Made by a program: the position numbers and the translations under genes. This document shows, piece after piece, positions 1 through 11,900 of a DNA stretch of 64,000 bases. Position 1 is the stretch's first letter. Each line of letters begins with the position of its first letter. The notes beneath the pieces were generated by a model that searched no databases, had not been told where the DNA came from, and worked only from the letters and a program-made list of their open reading frames with translations. Source of the DNA: Squalus acanthias (Eukaryota). The stretch lies in NCBI GenBank assembly GCA_030390025.1, contig CM059431.1, positions 121,584,001-121,648,000 of the forward strand, given 5' to 3'.

Positions 1-1
1 T

Positions 2-625
2 GCTGACATCTTGGGATTTGTGGAAGTATTCCCGGAGCCTCATTCTCCTGATGAATTCCTCCGTGTCTGCCGCGAGACCGATGGGGTCCATTTTGGTGGT
101 TGGGCAGAACTTGAGCCCTAGGGCGAGAACTTCGATTTCGTCTGGTTGAAGGGTGTGGTCCGACAGGTTGACGATGGACTTCCCTGTGGTTGCAACCATG
201 GTACCGGGGGAGGCTTGGTTGCTGCTGGTGGTGATGCCGAGTTTCTCAAGCTTCCTGTTCTTGATGCGCATGTAGGCAGCGTAGTTCCGTTGCCTCGTCT
301 GTTTGGTGGTGTCTCGTAACTGGTCTGCTGTGTCCTGAGCACAGGCTGAGAGCATGGACTCTATCTTGGTTTCGAGGTTGTGGCGTTTGCTGTAGAGCTG
401 GTGTACGAGATGGTTGAGGAGTGTGCGAGAGGTACGACGGCAGAGTCTCTCAGCGTAGTCTGTGTTGTATGTCGACTTGAGTGGGTTCGTGATCTGTAGT
501 CCTTTCGGGATCTTGTCTGCTTTCTTGCATCTCTGTAGATACTTGATGTCGGTGTCGATATGCGCGATCTTCTTGGCGATTCTCTCCACTTTGAGCCGGC
601 AGTTTGTGGTGTCGATAGTGGTCAT
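2..625 (-). CDS. Penelope-like ORF N-terminus, open to window edge
   Basis: Manual translation MTTIDTTNCRLKVERIAKK...IVNLSDHTLQPDEIEVLALGLKFCPT...EEFIRRMRLREYF; the VNLS..L...E..VL..GL.FCP motif is typical of Penelope RT N-termini. Confidence 0.85.
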   Translation of the reverse strand, partial: MTTIDTTNCRLKVERIAKKIAHIDTDIKYLQRCKKADKIPKGLQITNPLKSTYNTDYAERLCRRTSRTLLNHLVHQLYSKRHNLETKIESMLSACAQDTADQLRDTTKQTRQRNYAAYMRIKNRKLEKLGITTSSNQASPGTMVATTGKSIVNLSDHTLQPDEIEVLALGLKFCPTTKMDPIGLAADTEEFIRRMRLREYFHKSQDVS

Positions 626-712
626 GATGCGGAGATGCCGGTGTTGGACTGGGGTGGACAAAATTGAGAGGTCGCACAACACCAGGTTATAGTCCAACAG
701 TTTTATTTGAAA

Positions 713-750
713 TCACAAGCTTTCGGAGCTATCACTCCTTCCTCAGGTGA
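713..750 (-). ncRNA. Minimal type I hammerhead ribozyme motif
   Basis: Minus strand TCAC-CTGAGGA-A-GGAG(TGATAG)CTCC-GAAA-GCTT-GTGA: stem I TCAC/GTGA, CUGAnGA core, stem II, GAAA, palindromic AAGCTT stem III. Confidence 0.75.
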
Positions 751-1085
751 AGTAAATTGGATACAGAATCGCCAGAGCATATATAGATGGAAAAAAAAAG
801 CATGTGTACTTTACAATTGCAGACCAATAAATTAAATCATCCTGACTATCTGCCGAGGTGTGATAAAGTTAATTAAGTCAGCCAGGAAGGTACCACATCA
901 AAAGACATAGCAAGATACAACTGAGACAATGAGGTGTAGTCGCAGGGGTTCCAACGTGTCAAAAGCTGCCGTCTGTATGTAAAACGAAAAGCTTTAAAAA
1001 AAAAATTACTTTTTTACTGGGAAAATGTTTACTTTTTTACTGGGAATCACATCTGTGAACAAGCTAACGACGACTCGAGTCCGGA

Positions 1086-1718
1086 TCACGTCATGTATCG
1101 TGACATAAACCCAAGATCCCGATTGAGACCGTCTTCATGAGTTCGGAACTTGGCTATCAGTTTCTGCTCGATGATTTTGCGTTGTCGTGTGTTTCTAAGG
1201 TTGCCTTGGAGAACGCTTACCCGCAGATCCGAGGCTGAATGTCCTTGACTGCTGAAGTGTTCCCCGACTGGGAGGTAACAATCCTGCCTGGCGATTGTTG
1301 CGCGGTGCTCGTTCATACGTTGTCTCAGTGTCTGCATGGTCTCGCCGATGTACCATGCCGCGGTGCATTCTTTCCTGCAACGTATGAGGTAGACAACGTT
1401 GGCCGAGTCACATGAGTATGTACCATGTACCTGGTGGGTAGTGTCCTCACGTGTGATGGTGGTATCTGTGTTGATGATCTGGCATGTCTTGCAGAGTTTG
1501 CCATGGCAGGGTTGTGTGGTGTCGTGGTCGCTGTTATCCTGAAAGCTGGGTAATTTGCTGCGAACGATGGTACTTCTGAGGTTAGGCGGCTGTTTGAAGG
1601 CAAGTAGTGGAGGCGTGGGGATGGCCTTAGCGAGGTGTTTGTCGTCATCGATGACATGTTGAAGGCTGCGAAGAACATGTCGTAGTTTCTCCGCTCCGGG
1701 GAAGTACTGGACGACGTA
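1086..1718 (-). CDS. Penelope-like GIY-YIG endonuclease (C-terminal part of ORF, 5'-truncated)
   Basis: PCHGKLCKTC...NVVYLIRCRKECTAAWYIGETMQTLRQRMNEH...EQKLIAKFRTHEDGLN. Confidence 0.9.
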   Translation of the reverse strand, partial: YVVQYFPGAEKLRHVLRSLQHVIDDDKHLAKAIPTPPLLAFKQPPNLRSTIVRSKLPSFQDNSDHDTTQPCHGKLCKTCQIINTDTTITREDTTHQVHGTYSCDSANVVYLIRCRKECTAAWYIGETMQTLRQRMNEHRATIARQDCYLPVGEHFSSQGHSASDLRVSVLQGNLRNTRQRKIIEQKLIAKFRTHEDGLNRDLGFMSRYMT

Positions 1719-1899
1719 GGATAAACAAGCACATGGACTAGCAACTCATCCTGTCTCTGTCCTTCATTTGTTCTACCCACATGTAATACACTTTTGGTGA
1801 CGAGAATGGTATCCCAAAGCCATTTTTAGGGATCGTGGAAGGACACCGTGTTTAACCTTCATGTGGAAAAATTTAAGGTACACAGGAACAGTCACTGTT

Positions 1900-2760
1900 C
1901 AACGGGATTGGGCCAATCATGGCCGCACCTGCGGGATTCATCGGAAGCCTCGGCATGTATGACTGAGCTCGCGAACCATTCAGTTCTTACATTGAGCGGA
2001 TGGAGATGTTTTTTAAGGCCAATAACATTATTGAGACCGAAGACGCAGATGAGAAGATTCAAGCTCAAAATAAAATAATTCGGGAATGGAAGAAAGCAAG
2101 TTTTCTAATGGAGATCGGGCCAGTTTTCTACGGAACGTTGACAAACCTACTCGCCCCAGGGAAAGTGAAGGATGCATCATTTGAAGACATTGTTGAGAAA
2201 CTCAAGGACCATTTCAACCCAAAGCCGTTAGAAATAGATTTTGGTTCCAAAAACTAAAAACAAAGTGAAACCATCAGTGAGTACACTGTAGCTCTTAAGA
2301 ACCTGTCTTTGCATTGTAACTTCAGCATATTCTTGGATCGTGCGTTGCAAGATAAGTTTGTGTGTGGACTGGTGAATGAGTGCATACAGTCCAAGTTACT
2401 GAACACTCCAAATCTAACGTTTGACATAGCATGCAAAATTGCCCTATCTATGGAGATGGCATCTAAGAATGCTAGGGAGCTCCGTCCAACTCAAGTGACT
2501 CGTGCAGCTGAGGTCTACAGTCACAAAGCCACCGCCAAATCTAAAGTTGTGAGACTCTGTCAAAAGTATGTCGGTGAGAGCAGTTCAGTGAATTGTTATC
2601 GCTGCAATGGAAATCACTCATCACAGTCCTGCCAATACAGAAATGCGAAGTGTTTTCACTGCCAGAAGCAAGGCCATATTTCAATAGCTTGCAGAGCTCA
2701 TGGGCAAAGACTGGTTGAGAAAGTTAAAACTAGACTGGAAAAACATCTTCAGTGTAGATG
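1900..2760 (+). pseudogene. gag: Gypsy gag, disrupted
   Basis: ORFs 2000-2257 and 2309-2800; LQDKFVCGL, CYRCNGNHSSQSC, CFHCQKQGHISIAC. Confidence 0.85.
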
Positions 2761-2783
2761 CTTCAAAGAAGTGACTCAACACA

Positions 2784-4515
2784 ATGCTGAAAAAGTATGA
2801 AAGCATGTTCTCAGACAGTTATGAGGGCATCACTGGGTATGACGCGCATATCCGCATCAAATCCAATGCGAAGTCTGTCTATTGTAATGCAAGGCCGGTC
2901 CTCTATGCGTTGAAAGGTCAGGTGAAGGAAGAGCCAGCGAAGCTCAGAGAGAACGGAGTGCTAGTAAAAACTGACAAAAGTGAATGGGCTACCCCGATTG
3001 TGGTAGTGCACAAAGCAGACAAAACTGTACACTTGTGCGGTGACTACAAAGTTACTATCAGCCAAGCAGTTGATGATGAGCAGTACCCATTACCTACATC
3101 ACAAGATTGGTATGCAGCACTCTCTGGATCAAAGGTTTTCTCCAAGCTTGACCTGTCGCATGCTCACGCTCAGCTGAATGTTGACAAAGAGAGTCAACAG
3201 TAACTCACTATCAACACACACAAGGGACTGTACTCATACACCAAGCTGCTGTATGGTGTAAAGTCCTCCCCCAAAATCTTCCAGGCTACGATGGATAAGA
3301 TTTTGCAAGGAGTTTCAAATTGCTTATGCAATCAAGACGATGTGCTGATCGTAACAAGCAGTGAGGAAGAAAATCTAGAAGTTTTAGATATAGTGCTTCA
3401 AAGATTGAATGCCCACAATGTCAAATTGAAAAGGAGCAAATGTGCTTTTGTGCAGCCCGAAGTTACGTACCTTGGTCTGAAAGTTGATGCAAATGGCTTG
3501 CAACCAGTTAAGGAAAAGGTTGATGCTGTCATCAATGCTCCAAAGCCACAGAACGTGTCTGAGTTAAGATCTTTCCTTGGAATGGTCCAGTACTATTCAT
3601 GTTTCTAACTTGAGTTAGCGACCATGTTAGCTCCATTGCACGAGCTCCTCAAGAAGGATGTCCAGTGGAAGTGGACGAAAGCATAACAGGAAGCTTACGA
3701 TGCTTGTAAGAGAAGTCTCTCTAGTGATGCTCTACTTGTGCACTACGACACAGAGCATGAGCTTAAGTTAGCGTGTGATGCTTCCAGTTACGGTGTGGGA
3801 GCTGTCATAAGCCTCATAATGGATGACAGCCAAGAGAAACCAATCACGTTTGCATCGCGAACCCTCACAAAGATCGAAAGAAACTACGCACAAATTGAAA
3901 AGGAAGCACATTGCCATGTGTTTGGAATCAAGAAATCTCAACAGTTCCTGATCAGCAGAAAATTTACCTTGATAACTGATCACAAACCGCTCTTAACAAT
4001 ATTGGGGCCCAAATCTGCCATCCCTACAATGGCCACATCAAGAATGCAACGTTGGGCAGTGTTGTTGTCACAATATGACTATACGATTGAATATCACACT
4101 TCAATGCAGAACACAATCGCAGATGCCTTGTCCAGGTTGTCACATGAGGACTCATGTGTTGGGAGTGAAGGGGAGATTTTCACGCTAGGTGCAGTTGACA
4201 AAGACTTTCCCGTGAATGCAACTGAGATTGCAGATGAGACTCAGAAAGACTCAGTACTGAAAAGAGTCTATGAAAACACCTTGAATGGATGGACTGATAG
4301 TGTATGGACACAGAATTGAAACCATTCCATAATAATCGTACTGAATTGTCTTGTGAGCAAGGTTGTATCAAGTGGGGAAACAGAGTGGTGGTACCTACTT
4401 TTTTGAGAGATAGAATTCTGGCCTGAACTTCATACTGAACATCCAGGGATCATCAGTATGAAATCAATTGCAAGAAGCTTTGTTTACTGGCCTGGATTGG
4501 ACAGTGATCTTGAGT
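2784..4515 (+). pseudogene. pol: Gypsy pol (RT, RNase H, integrase Zn-finger start) with stops; protease and integrase core missing
   Basis: SEWATPIVVV..CGDYK, SKLDLSHA, NQDDVLI, LACDASSYGVGAV, NYAQIEKEA, TDHKPL, ADALSRL. Confidence 0.9.
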
Positions 4516-4840
4516 CACTTGTCAGCAAAGTAGATTGAAGTGAAACATATAGGTTCAAACAAATCTGAGATAGAAACAGGATCATCTTTGAGTTCGGAAT
4601 GAAAACAAAACAGCCCGAAAATTGGTTCAACACCAAAAGCTTCTGTAAGAAGATCAGGAAGGCTCCGCAAGCCTGTTATTAAACTGGAATTGTAGTTCAT
4701 TTGTAGGATTTGTAGTTCATTTAAATGAAAAATGTCAGTAGTTTTTGTTATGTGGTACATGTAATGCTGGGAAAGGTGGGACCATAGTTTTGTTGTATTT
4801 GAGAGGGGAATACATACATTTCTTTTTAAGGGGAAAGCAG

Positions 4841-4972
4841 TGTAATGTATTATCACATGGTTTGTCACATGGTTTAGAATGAGCATGCTCAGTTCGCTCT
4901 GGCCTAGTAAACAAGCACCTTGACTAGCAACTCATCCTGTCTCTGTCCTTCATTTGTTCTGCCCATATTACA
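4841..4972 (+). repeat. Gypsy 3' LTR (132 bp)
   Basis: Follows PPT, TG...CA ends with terminal inverted TGTAAT/ATTACA, direct repeat of 1721-1790. Confidence 0.85.
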
Positions 4973-5149
4973 CCTATTAAATGAAAACCAGACTGTGAAG
5001 TCACCATACAATCATGGGGCACACAGAAATGGTTTGAATTACCAACATTTTAATGTGCTCCAGAAATTAAATGATAAAAAATATAAAGGAACACCCATGT
5101 GTTAATCCTCAGTGATCCATAAAGCCTTTCTCTTTCTTTCTCTACCACT

Positions 5150-7000
5150 TCTACATCATTTCTTCAGCAGAGATGGTGGCGGGCTTCTGTGTACCTTTCT
5201 CACTCTCATGAGGTGCTCGCAGTAGATGACTGCTGAGTGTTGCAGCCCGTGAGGGTCTTGCCACTGACTGCTCCTCCTGCAGGGGCAGTCTGGGCCAGCT
5301 GGATTGCCGGCACCATGGTGAGTATTGGTTGAGGGGGTGGCAATGGATCAGACGTGCAGATGTTCTGAGAAAGGTCTGCAATTGCCTAGCCCAGTCCACC
5401 ATCCTCCCTCCCCTGGGGCAGCGGCACAACAGTCCTACCTGTCTGCAGGAGAGCAGACTGGAGGAGATCAGTGATGCCTTGGAAGCCCCGATCTAGTCTC
5501 TCTACCAGCTTTTCGAATCCAGTAGAGACGTTCGTGCCAGAGTTTGTGCAGCTGCTGCCTGAGCCTGCAGGCAGGCCATAACAGCTGGGCAGTGATTCAT
5601 GTGCGCGGCTGACTACAATTTCCATGGAGTTCACCACACGCTCCATTGTAAATTGCAGAGTTGAAAAACCCTATGACATCAGCCCACTTATAGTGGAGTT
5701 GGACTCCTCCATCCTCCCTCTGCTGTGTGGACAGTGTGCCAGGCAGGACTGACAATACCTCACACAGTTGCAGCTGTGCCTCCAGCATTCTCCTTTTCAT
5801 TGCTGGCCCCAGGGGTCTGCATCTCTGTCATGTTGAGCAGAGCTTGGAGAGGACAGCAACCTCCGGCGCGTCCTCTCTTCCACTGCTCCTGCCACCACTT
5901 TCTGCTCCTGCTCACCAGGTGCCGATCCATCTACCCAACTAAGAGGCTCAGTCGATGTGCTGGTACCTGCATTGGTGCCTGCAATGCATGCTTCCTTTGA
6001 CATTGCATCTCAGCAGGTATAAGGTCCTCTGATAAGTCTTCATCCTCTCCGGACAGGGGATCATAGTCTTCGTATGATGACCCTGGAGGAGAGAAGTGAA
6101 GGATACAATTTAGTGATGATACTTTGTAAATGTTGATATGCACCCGAATCACTTGATTAGAGTTGTTGATGCTCTGAAGTCCATGGGGGTGAAGTTGCAT
6201 GGGAGATGCAGGTCTGAAAGATTAATGCTGTCACCCTGCTCCACAGGAGGGCCAACCATTCCATCTCCAATGTTCGTGGTGCTTGTGATGCCACTTATCT
6301 GCAATGCCTCCTCCTCTGCCAGGGAAACTTCAATGATCTCCTGGCTCTCTCCCTAGCATTCTGTGCTCTCTTTTCCTATGGTGATGCAACAGACCTATGA
6401 GTGGCTCTGAGTAATGTGTGCATCCCAAGAATGCAATACATACGGTGATGATGAGAATCAGGCAGATGCATAAGGAGTGGGAATGGCATGTCTTTGAGGG
6501 CCATGGTCATGGTGCCATCTCAGGATGTGCAATGAGAGTGGGTGGCAGTGAATGAGGTCAGATGAGATGAGATGAGGATTGTGGTTACTGGCAATGGCGG
6601 AGGGAGAAAGTGAGAATCAAGCATATGAAGGGAGTAAGGATGTGGGGAGGTGCATGAAACTGATCCAATTGGTGCTGATGAAAGTGAAATGTGGGTGAGA
6701 AGTGGTGTGAATGGAGTAGGATTAACAAGACAGAGAGAAAGGGAGTACAATACACGATTTGGGCACATACAGCCATCTGCTAACCTTTCCTAACCTAGTC
6801 AGTTTGTTGAACTTTTTTCTGCCAATGGGAAACAACATCTCACTCCTGGCCCTTAAAGCACCCAGCAGAACATCAAGGGAAGCAAGGGGGCAACCTTCAC
6901 TTTGTTCGCAGTTCCTCTTCTTCTTTCCTCTCTGTAGAAACCTGCTAACTTCTTCCTCCATTTCAGTGCTGCATTGGGCCTTTAAATAGGTGCTGGGAAA
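5150..7000 (-). pseudogene. Harbinger-type Myb/SANT accessory gene remnant (intron-containing); element ends not identified
   Basis: SLDVLLGALRARSEMLFP...KKFNKLTRLGK resembles the other Myb remnants in the window. Confidence 0.6.
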
Positions 7001-8554
7001 TTGCATCGTGTGGGTCGGCATCACGCGCACTGACCTGCAGTGGAGATGTTGAACCCACAAGCAATATTCAAATGAGGCCTAACCATCAAATTCTGCCAGG
7101 ATTCCTCATCTCGAGATGTTGCATACCCGTCACCCACTACCGCCCTGCCCTCCTCCCAATGCTCCATTCCTATCTCTGTGTGAATATCGTGACCAGGGTG
7201 TCTAAAAGTCCCATTGTCCTTGAAATTTAGGGCTGGATTTTGCTGGGATTGGTGGCGGGTCGGGTGGGAATGTGTTTTTTTCCCCAGCGGGTCGGGACCC
7301 CGCTGTGAACCTGCCGCCACGTGCCTTTACCAAATGTCAGGTCTGTCAGCGCTGAGCAGACCCGACACGCAGCGGCGGGGGAGGCAATTAGAATCATTAG
7401 TGGCTTGTTTACAGAAACTTATCAATGTTTTTTTCCCAGCTTTTTTGATTTGATAGGTCGCCCAGCGGTTTCCCGCTGTGCCTAGACCTCGTCTGTGAAG
7501 CTGAGGCGGGAGGTCAGTGGCCATTGAATCAGCGGATGAGTTGACAGCTTCAAATGTAAAGTCAAAGCTCCCAGCTGATTGAGATATGTTTCCTTAAACA
7601 CTAGCTTCTCTAAACTGCATTTCCACTACAGATTCAAGATGCTGCAAGTTTTTTACACAAGTCTCCATGCAGTCTAACCTCATTATCTCTCCCACCATTG
7701 ACAGATCGCTTCTGTCATCTCTACTTCATCTGCCATTTATTCCATCAGCATGGGTGTCCTTGAAACTCTCTCACCTTGGCCCTCAGAATCCCACCACAAT
7801 CAGCCCCAAAACCAGCATCACCAAGGCACACCAGCATCACCAGGAACACCAGCAGCACCAGGAACACCAGCAACACCAACCTTCTCTGCAATCAACTGAT
7901 GCTGCACAGGACACAGGGCATCGACACTCAACCACATTGCTGCCCGGGAGGCCAGGGATGGCCTCACCATGGCCAGATTTACTTTACTTAACACTGTACA
8001 CCCTGGCTGCCACATGATGCACCAGGTTGGCAGCACTCCACACCAACACCAGTAACCATCCCTACAATGCCCAAACCATTCCTTTCACACTCATGACCAT
8101 TGCAGGGGGTACCGTTATGTCTCACCATTCACTGCAACTCACTAAGCCACTTCCAAAGGTGCACACCAATATGTCCAAAAATGCAAAGTGTTGAAAATAA
8201 AGTTTTCAATGTTTGAAACCACATTAACAGAAACTTTACATGAACATTGGATAAAACACCCAAGTGCCTACCCTTGTGTGTTGTTAGTTGGTAAGATTGC
8301 ACGAGGATGAGGGTGAGTGTGAGGGGTGGCTAGTGAGATGGGGATGTGATAATGTAGATAGAGAGGGATGGGTGGAGGTGCAAGATAAGTTGGTTTGAGT
8401 AAGGATGTGCAGGAGTAGGGTAGGGAAGGCAGAGTGATGGGGATGTGATGAGAGGCACAGCAGGGTGAGGTTGAGTGTGACTTTGTACTAACATTTCATG
8501 ATCTACTGAGATCATTGAAATGTTTGTGGTACTGCAGTCTGGTCCTCCTGACCA

Positions 8555-8582
8555 CCCTAACCCTGACCCTAACCCTAACCCT
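8555..8582. repeat. Short interstitial (CCCTAA)n telomere-like repeat
   Basis: CCCTAA CCCTGA CCCTAA CCCTAA CCCT. Confidence 0.7.
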
Positions 8583-8973
8583 GCTTGTGCCCTCCTCTGC
8601 AATGTGCAACCAGGCTGTGTTGATCGCCTAGCGAGGTCTCTTCCACCCATGGGAAGGGAAGAGGACCTCCCTGTGTGTGACTCTCTCCATAAGCATATGG
8701 AGGGTGTCCTGGGAGAGCCTGGGTGCAGCCCTGCACCTTTGTGCAGTGCTTGTCAGTGTTTGCAGCACCTCAATGCTGTAGAACACTGACAGCACAAATG
8801 TCAAAATTAAGTTGGCAATGGTCCCTTTAAGGAAACCGGCTGATGACACGTCATCAAATGACGTCACCGGACCCGTTTCCTCAAATTGGTCAGGAAACGC
8901 GCTGGGCGGGCTTAACAAGCGCAATCACGGTAAATTCATTTCAGTGGCTGGGATGGAGACAGCAGAGGGGTCG

Positions 8974-10305
8974 TGTAAGGTTTCCAAATTTTGCAGATCC
9001 CCAAAACCTAAGGAAAAAGGACTTTGGAACTACCTCAGAGTGATAAAAATGTATTTGGGCCTAACCTAAGGAATTTAAGACCAAAAATCAAGTTTTGGCA
9101 TTTTAAAAACATGTCTGGGCCTGTAAAGGGACAAGGAGGTGGGTTCGACCTCTGTAAAAGCAGATTTGGATATTGGAGTTAATTACACTGTCTGGGGAAC
9201 TGGGATGACCTCACTCAAGCCCAGCAGACATTAACATGTTAACAATAGATCCACGGAAGAGCAGTCTCCACCCCAATTTACAGAACTCATTAAAGACATG
9301 CATAAAACAGATACTCTATAGAAGTCTTAGGCCCAGTCAAGAAACCCAAAACATGAGGATAATTCAAACTCCGATTAAACAACAGATCGACAGGATGGAG
9401 CTATCCTGAAACCACTTCCCACATTTACAAACAGGTTACAGTTTACGAGGCCGCCAAACTCTTACAATGACCGGGATTTGATTTGGTTTTGATAAGGAAG
9501 CTTCAATTTGTATAATTGAAAGGCTGTTTTCTCAAGAAGTCAGTTCTGCAGTAGTCAGTTCAATTGAAAGCCTGTTTTCAGCAGAAGTGAGGGCTGGAGT
9601 TACAGAGTTCAGGAGAAGCAAAGAGAAGCAGTACAACAGTTCAGCAAGAAGCCAGTTCAGTAGAGTTACAAATGTTCAAGTTCGAGTTCTCCAGTAGAGT
9701 TACACAGCAGCAAGGAGTTCAACAAGCAGGCAGAAGGCAGCTTCCACAGTTCTGCAAGAAGGCAGTTCCACAGCTCGGAAGAAGACAGTTTAAACAGAGG
9801 CAGAGTTCAACAGAAAGAAGTTCAACAAAGAAGACCAACAGCTGCAGAAGTAGGCCGACACGCAGAGCGACCGCCTCAGTGACCATCGGACACCTCGCGG
9901 CAACAAGGGCCTTACGAAACTTTTTACTCAAAAGACTCTAAACCCTAACTCTCAACTGTCAAGGATTCGTTTGGTGAGCATTATCCCTGGTTCTCCAGAG
10001 TCCAACCTAGCTAGTGAAGTGGGATTGGGAAGGGTAAAGTGGGATTGGGAGGGGTGAAGTATTCTTTTAATGTTATTTCCCTCGCTTGTACCGAAGTGTT
10101 CCCCACCTTTAGAGTGCTAAGAGTGTTTGTGTTGTGTTTTACTTTCTTAAATAAAGATCAAAGTTCTTGCATCAAACTCAGTTGTCTGCTGCACCTTTTT
10201 ATCACAACCCCCAAATAAGTCCATGGTCTAGAACCAAGGGAGTGGGAGCGATTCGAACCGCTCAGAAGTCAGAGGTGAAGCTGAAACAAACCACCACCCC
10301 CTACA
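8974..10305 (+). mobile_element. Solo LTR (1332 bp)
   Basis: TGTAAG...CTACA ends, 4-bp TSD GTCG (8970-8973/10306-10309), AATAAA at 10150; homologous host site is empty at ~61128. Confidence 0.85.
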
Positions 10306-10680
10306 GTCGGGACCCGCCACCAACATTGCCCACCACGGACCCGCCGAGGTTTGTAAAATCCAGCCCTTAATGTTTTATGATGACTCTTCTCCAAAAAGCA
10401 CCACAAGATATAACACTGATTCAGCTCCTTTCAGATATTGCTTCATTTAACTTTATCACCAGCCATGCTAGTTTATAATCTGAAAATCTATTGGACTTGT
10501 ATTAGTGGTTCATGTATTACAAAGGGCAATGAACAATAAAGATGTAAAACACTGGGTCAAATAATCACTCACAAACAATAGTGGATACTGACAAATTATA
10601 ATTGTTTTGAGTTTCAACAAGCAATGAACTAACAAATCATATTCTACTTATACACAACTTTTTCTTGTTAGAAGATTGTA

Positions 10681-11085
10681 GATTCAAATCTTAAACCACA
10701 ATTTCAGCACATGATCTTTACTGATACTCCAGTGCAAAACCGAGAGAGTACTGCATTGTCAGAGGTGAGTTGCTCAAATGAGATATTAAACCAAGGGCCT
10801 ATCAGCCTGTTCTGGTAGTTCAGGTGGGTATTAAAGATTCCACAGCACCATTCAAACAAGAGTAGGGAGTTCCCTTGGGTGTCCTGACCAATGTACCTCC
10901 CTTATCCAAACTATCAAAAGCAGATTAATAGGTCATTCAGCTCATTGACATTGTCGTGCGCAAAATGGCTGGTGTGCATGCCTCCTGAACCACAGTCATA
11001 TTTCAAAATAATTTATTGTAAGGAAGCACTTTGAGATATTTCTGAGATGTGATCAGGCGACGTGTCAATGCAAATCTTTTATTTC
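10681..11085 (+). mobile_element. Deu-domain SINE (SacSINE1-like), degenerate
   Basis: ACTCCAGTGCA...CTGCATTGTCAGAGGTG...ATTAAACC core and 3' tail AAGCACTTTGAGA...ATGCAAATCTTTT. Confidence 0.65.
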
Positions 11086-11900
11086 AAATGAAGCACTGTA
11101 ATAAAAATGTCTTGCATATCATGTAAACATATTACGAAAACAGATATTGAGTTCTGAGTAATCAGTAGTCAGATGGTAGGCATAAATAACACATTGTATT
11201 AAGGAGTGTACAAAACTGGTATATTTTATGCTCTCAGTCCAATGAGAATAAATGGCGGTGAATAATTAAAAAAGCTACATTGGGAATTTGCTTTGGGGTT
11301 CTCCCGATTGACTGCCGTAACTTTGGCACAAGTTCAGTGGAAATTCTGGACAAACCAGGCAAACAGAGTTTCCGTTGTTCTGCTGATGGGGAGAAAACTG
11401 AAGGAAATTCCCGGCGTTAATATATCCATGAGCCTCCATGGCTGTGTCTACTGCATGTTGATCAGTTGGCATCTTGATATTGTCTTCAGAACTAACAGCA
11501 GTGGGGATCCACCAGCATTTCCACCAAGGAGTCCATAGCTGGATGGTAATATGAAAGAAAGTCAATGCAGAATTACTAATAAAACGGATATTTCTCTTAC
11601 TGTGATGGGAAAATGTCATGGAAGATGATGTGTTAAGCTCCATACAATTCTCTCTTAATTTGAAAGTGTCAAAATTGGCCTGCTTTCTTGCTTTTAATCT
11701 TGCTACACATGGGTGCGAGTATGTGCTCATATGTAACACACCTACTCTAGACTGTTACTGGGCACAAAACTACATAAATGGTTGTTGTTGTTATTGTTGT
11801 TGATGCCATTGTAATCATCGTGTTTGTGGTCATAGATGTCATGGTCATTCACATTCTACTCCCTGCCCTGACACTGATTCTGAAAATCACATTAAAGAGG

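Larger units (their letters stand above)
1..1720 (-). mobile_element. Penelope-like retroelement, partial-tandem arrangement (3' part of one unit followed by the start of the next), inserted into the 5' LTR of a Gypsy element
   Basis: Minus strand reads RT C-term/GIY-YIG (1720-1086), UTR with hammerhead motif, then a new ORF start at 625; junction to Gypsy LTR sequence at ~1721. Confidence 0.9.
1721..4972 (+). mobile_element. Degenerate Ty3/Gypsy LTR retrotransposon
   Basis: 5' LTR remnant 1721-1790 matches end of 3' LTR 4841-4972 (TGTAAT...ATTACA); PBS-like TGGTGACGAG at 1795; polypurine tract ~4828-4840; gag with two CCHC knuckles, RT, RNase H, start of integrase. Confidence 0.9.
7230..10366. 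mobile_element. Non-autonomous PIF/Harbinger element with solo LTR inside
   Basis: TIR GGGCTGGATTTT...AAAATCCAGCCC, TTA TSD on both sides; homologous to 59456-61189; Myb remnant on minus strand ~8480-8740. Confidence 0.9.

Noticed and set aside
9672..9941. Q/S-rich ORF as a gene
   Set aside because: Arises from short CAGTTC/AGAAG repeats within the solo LTR
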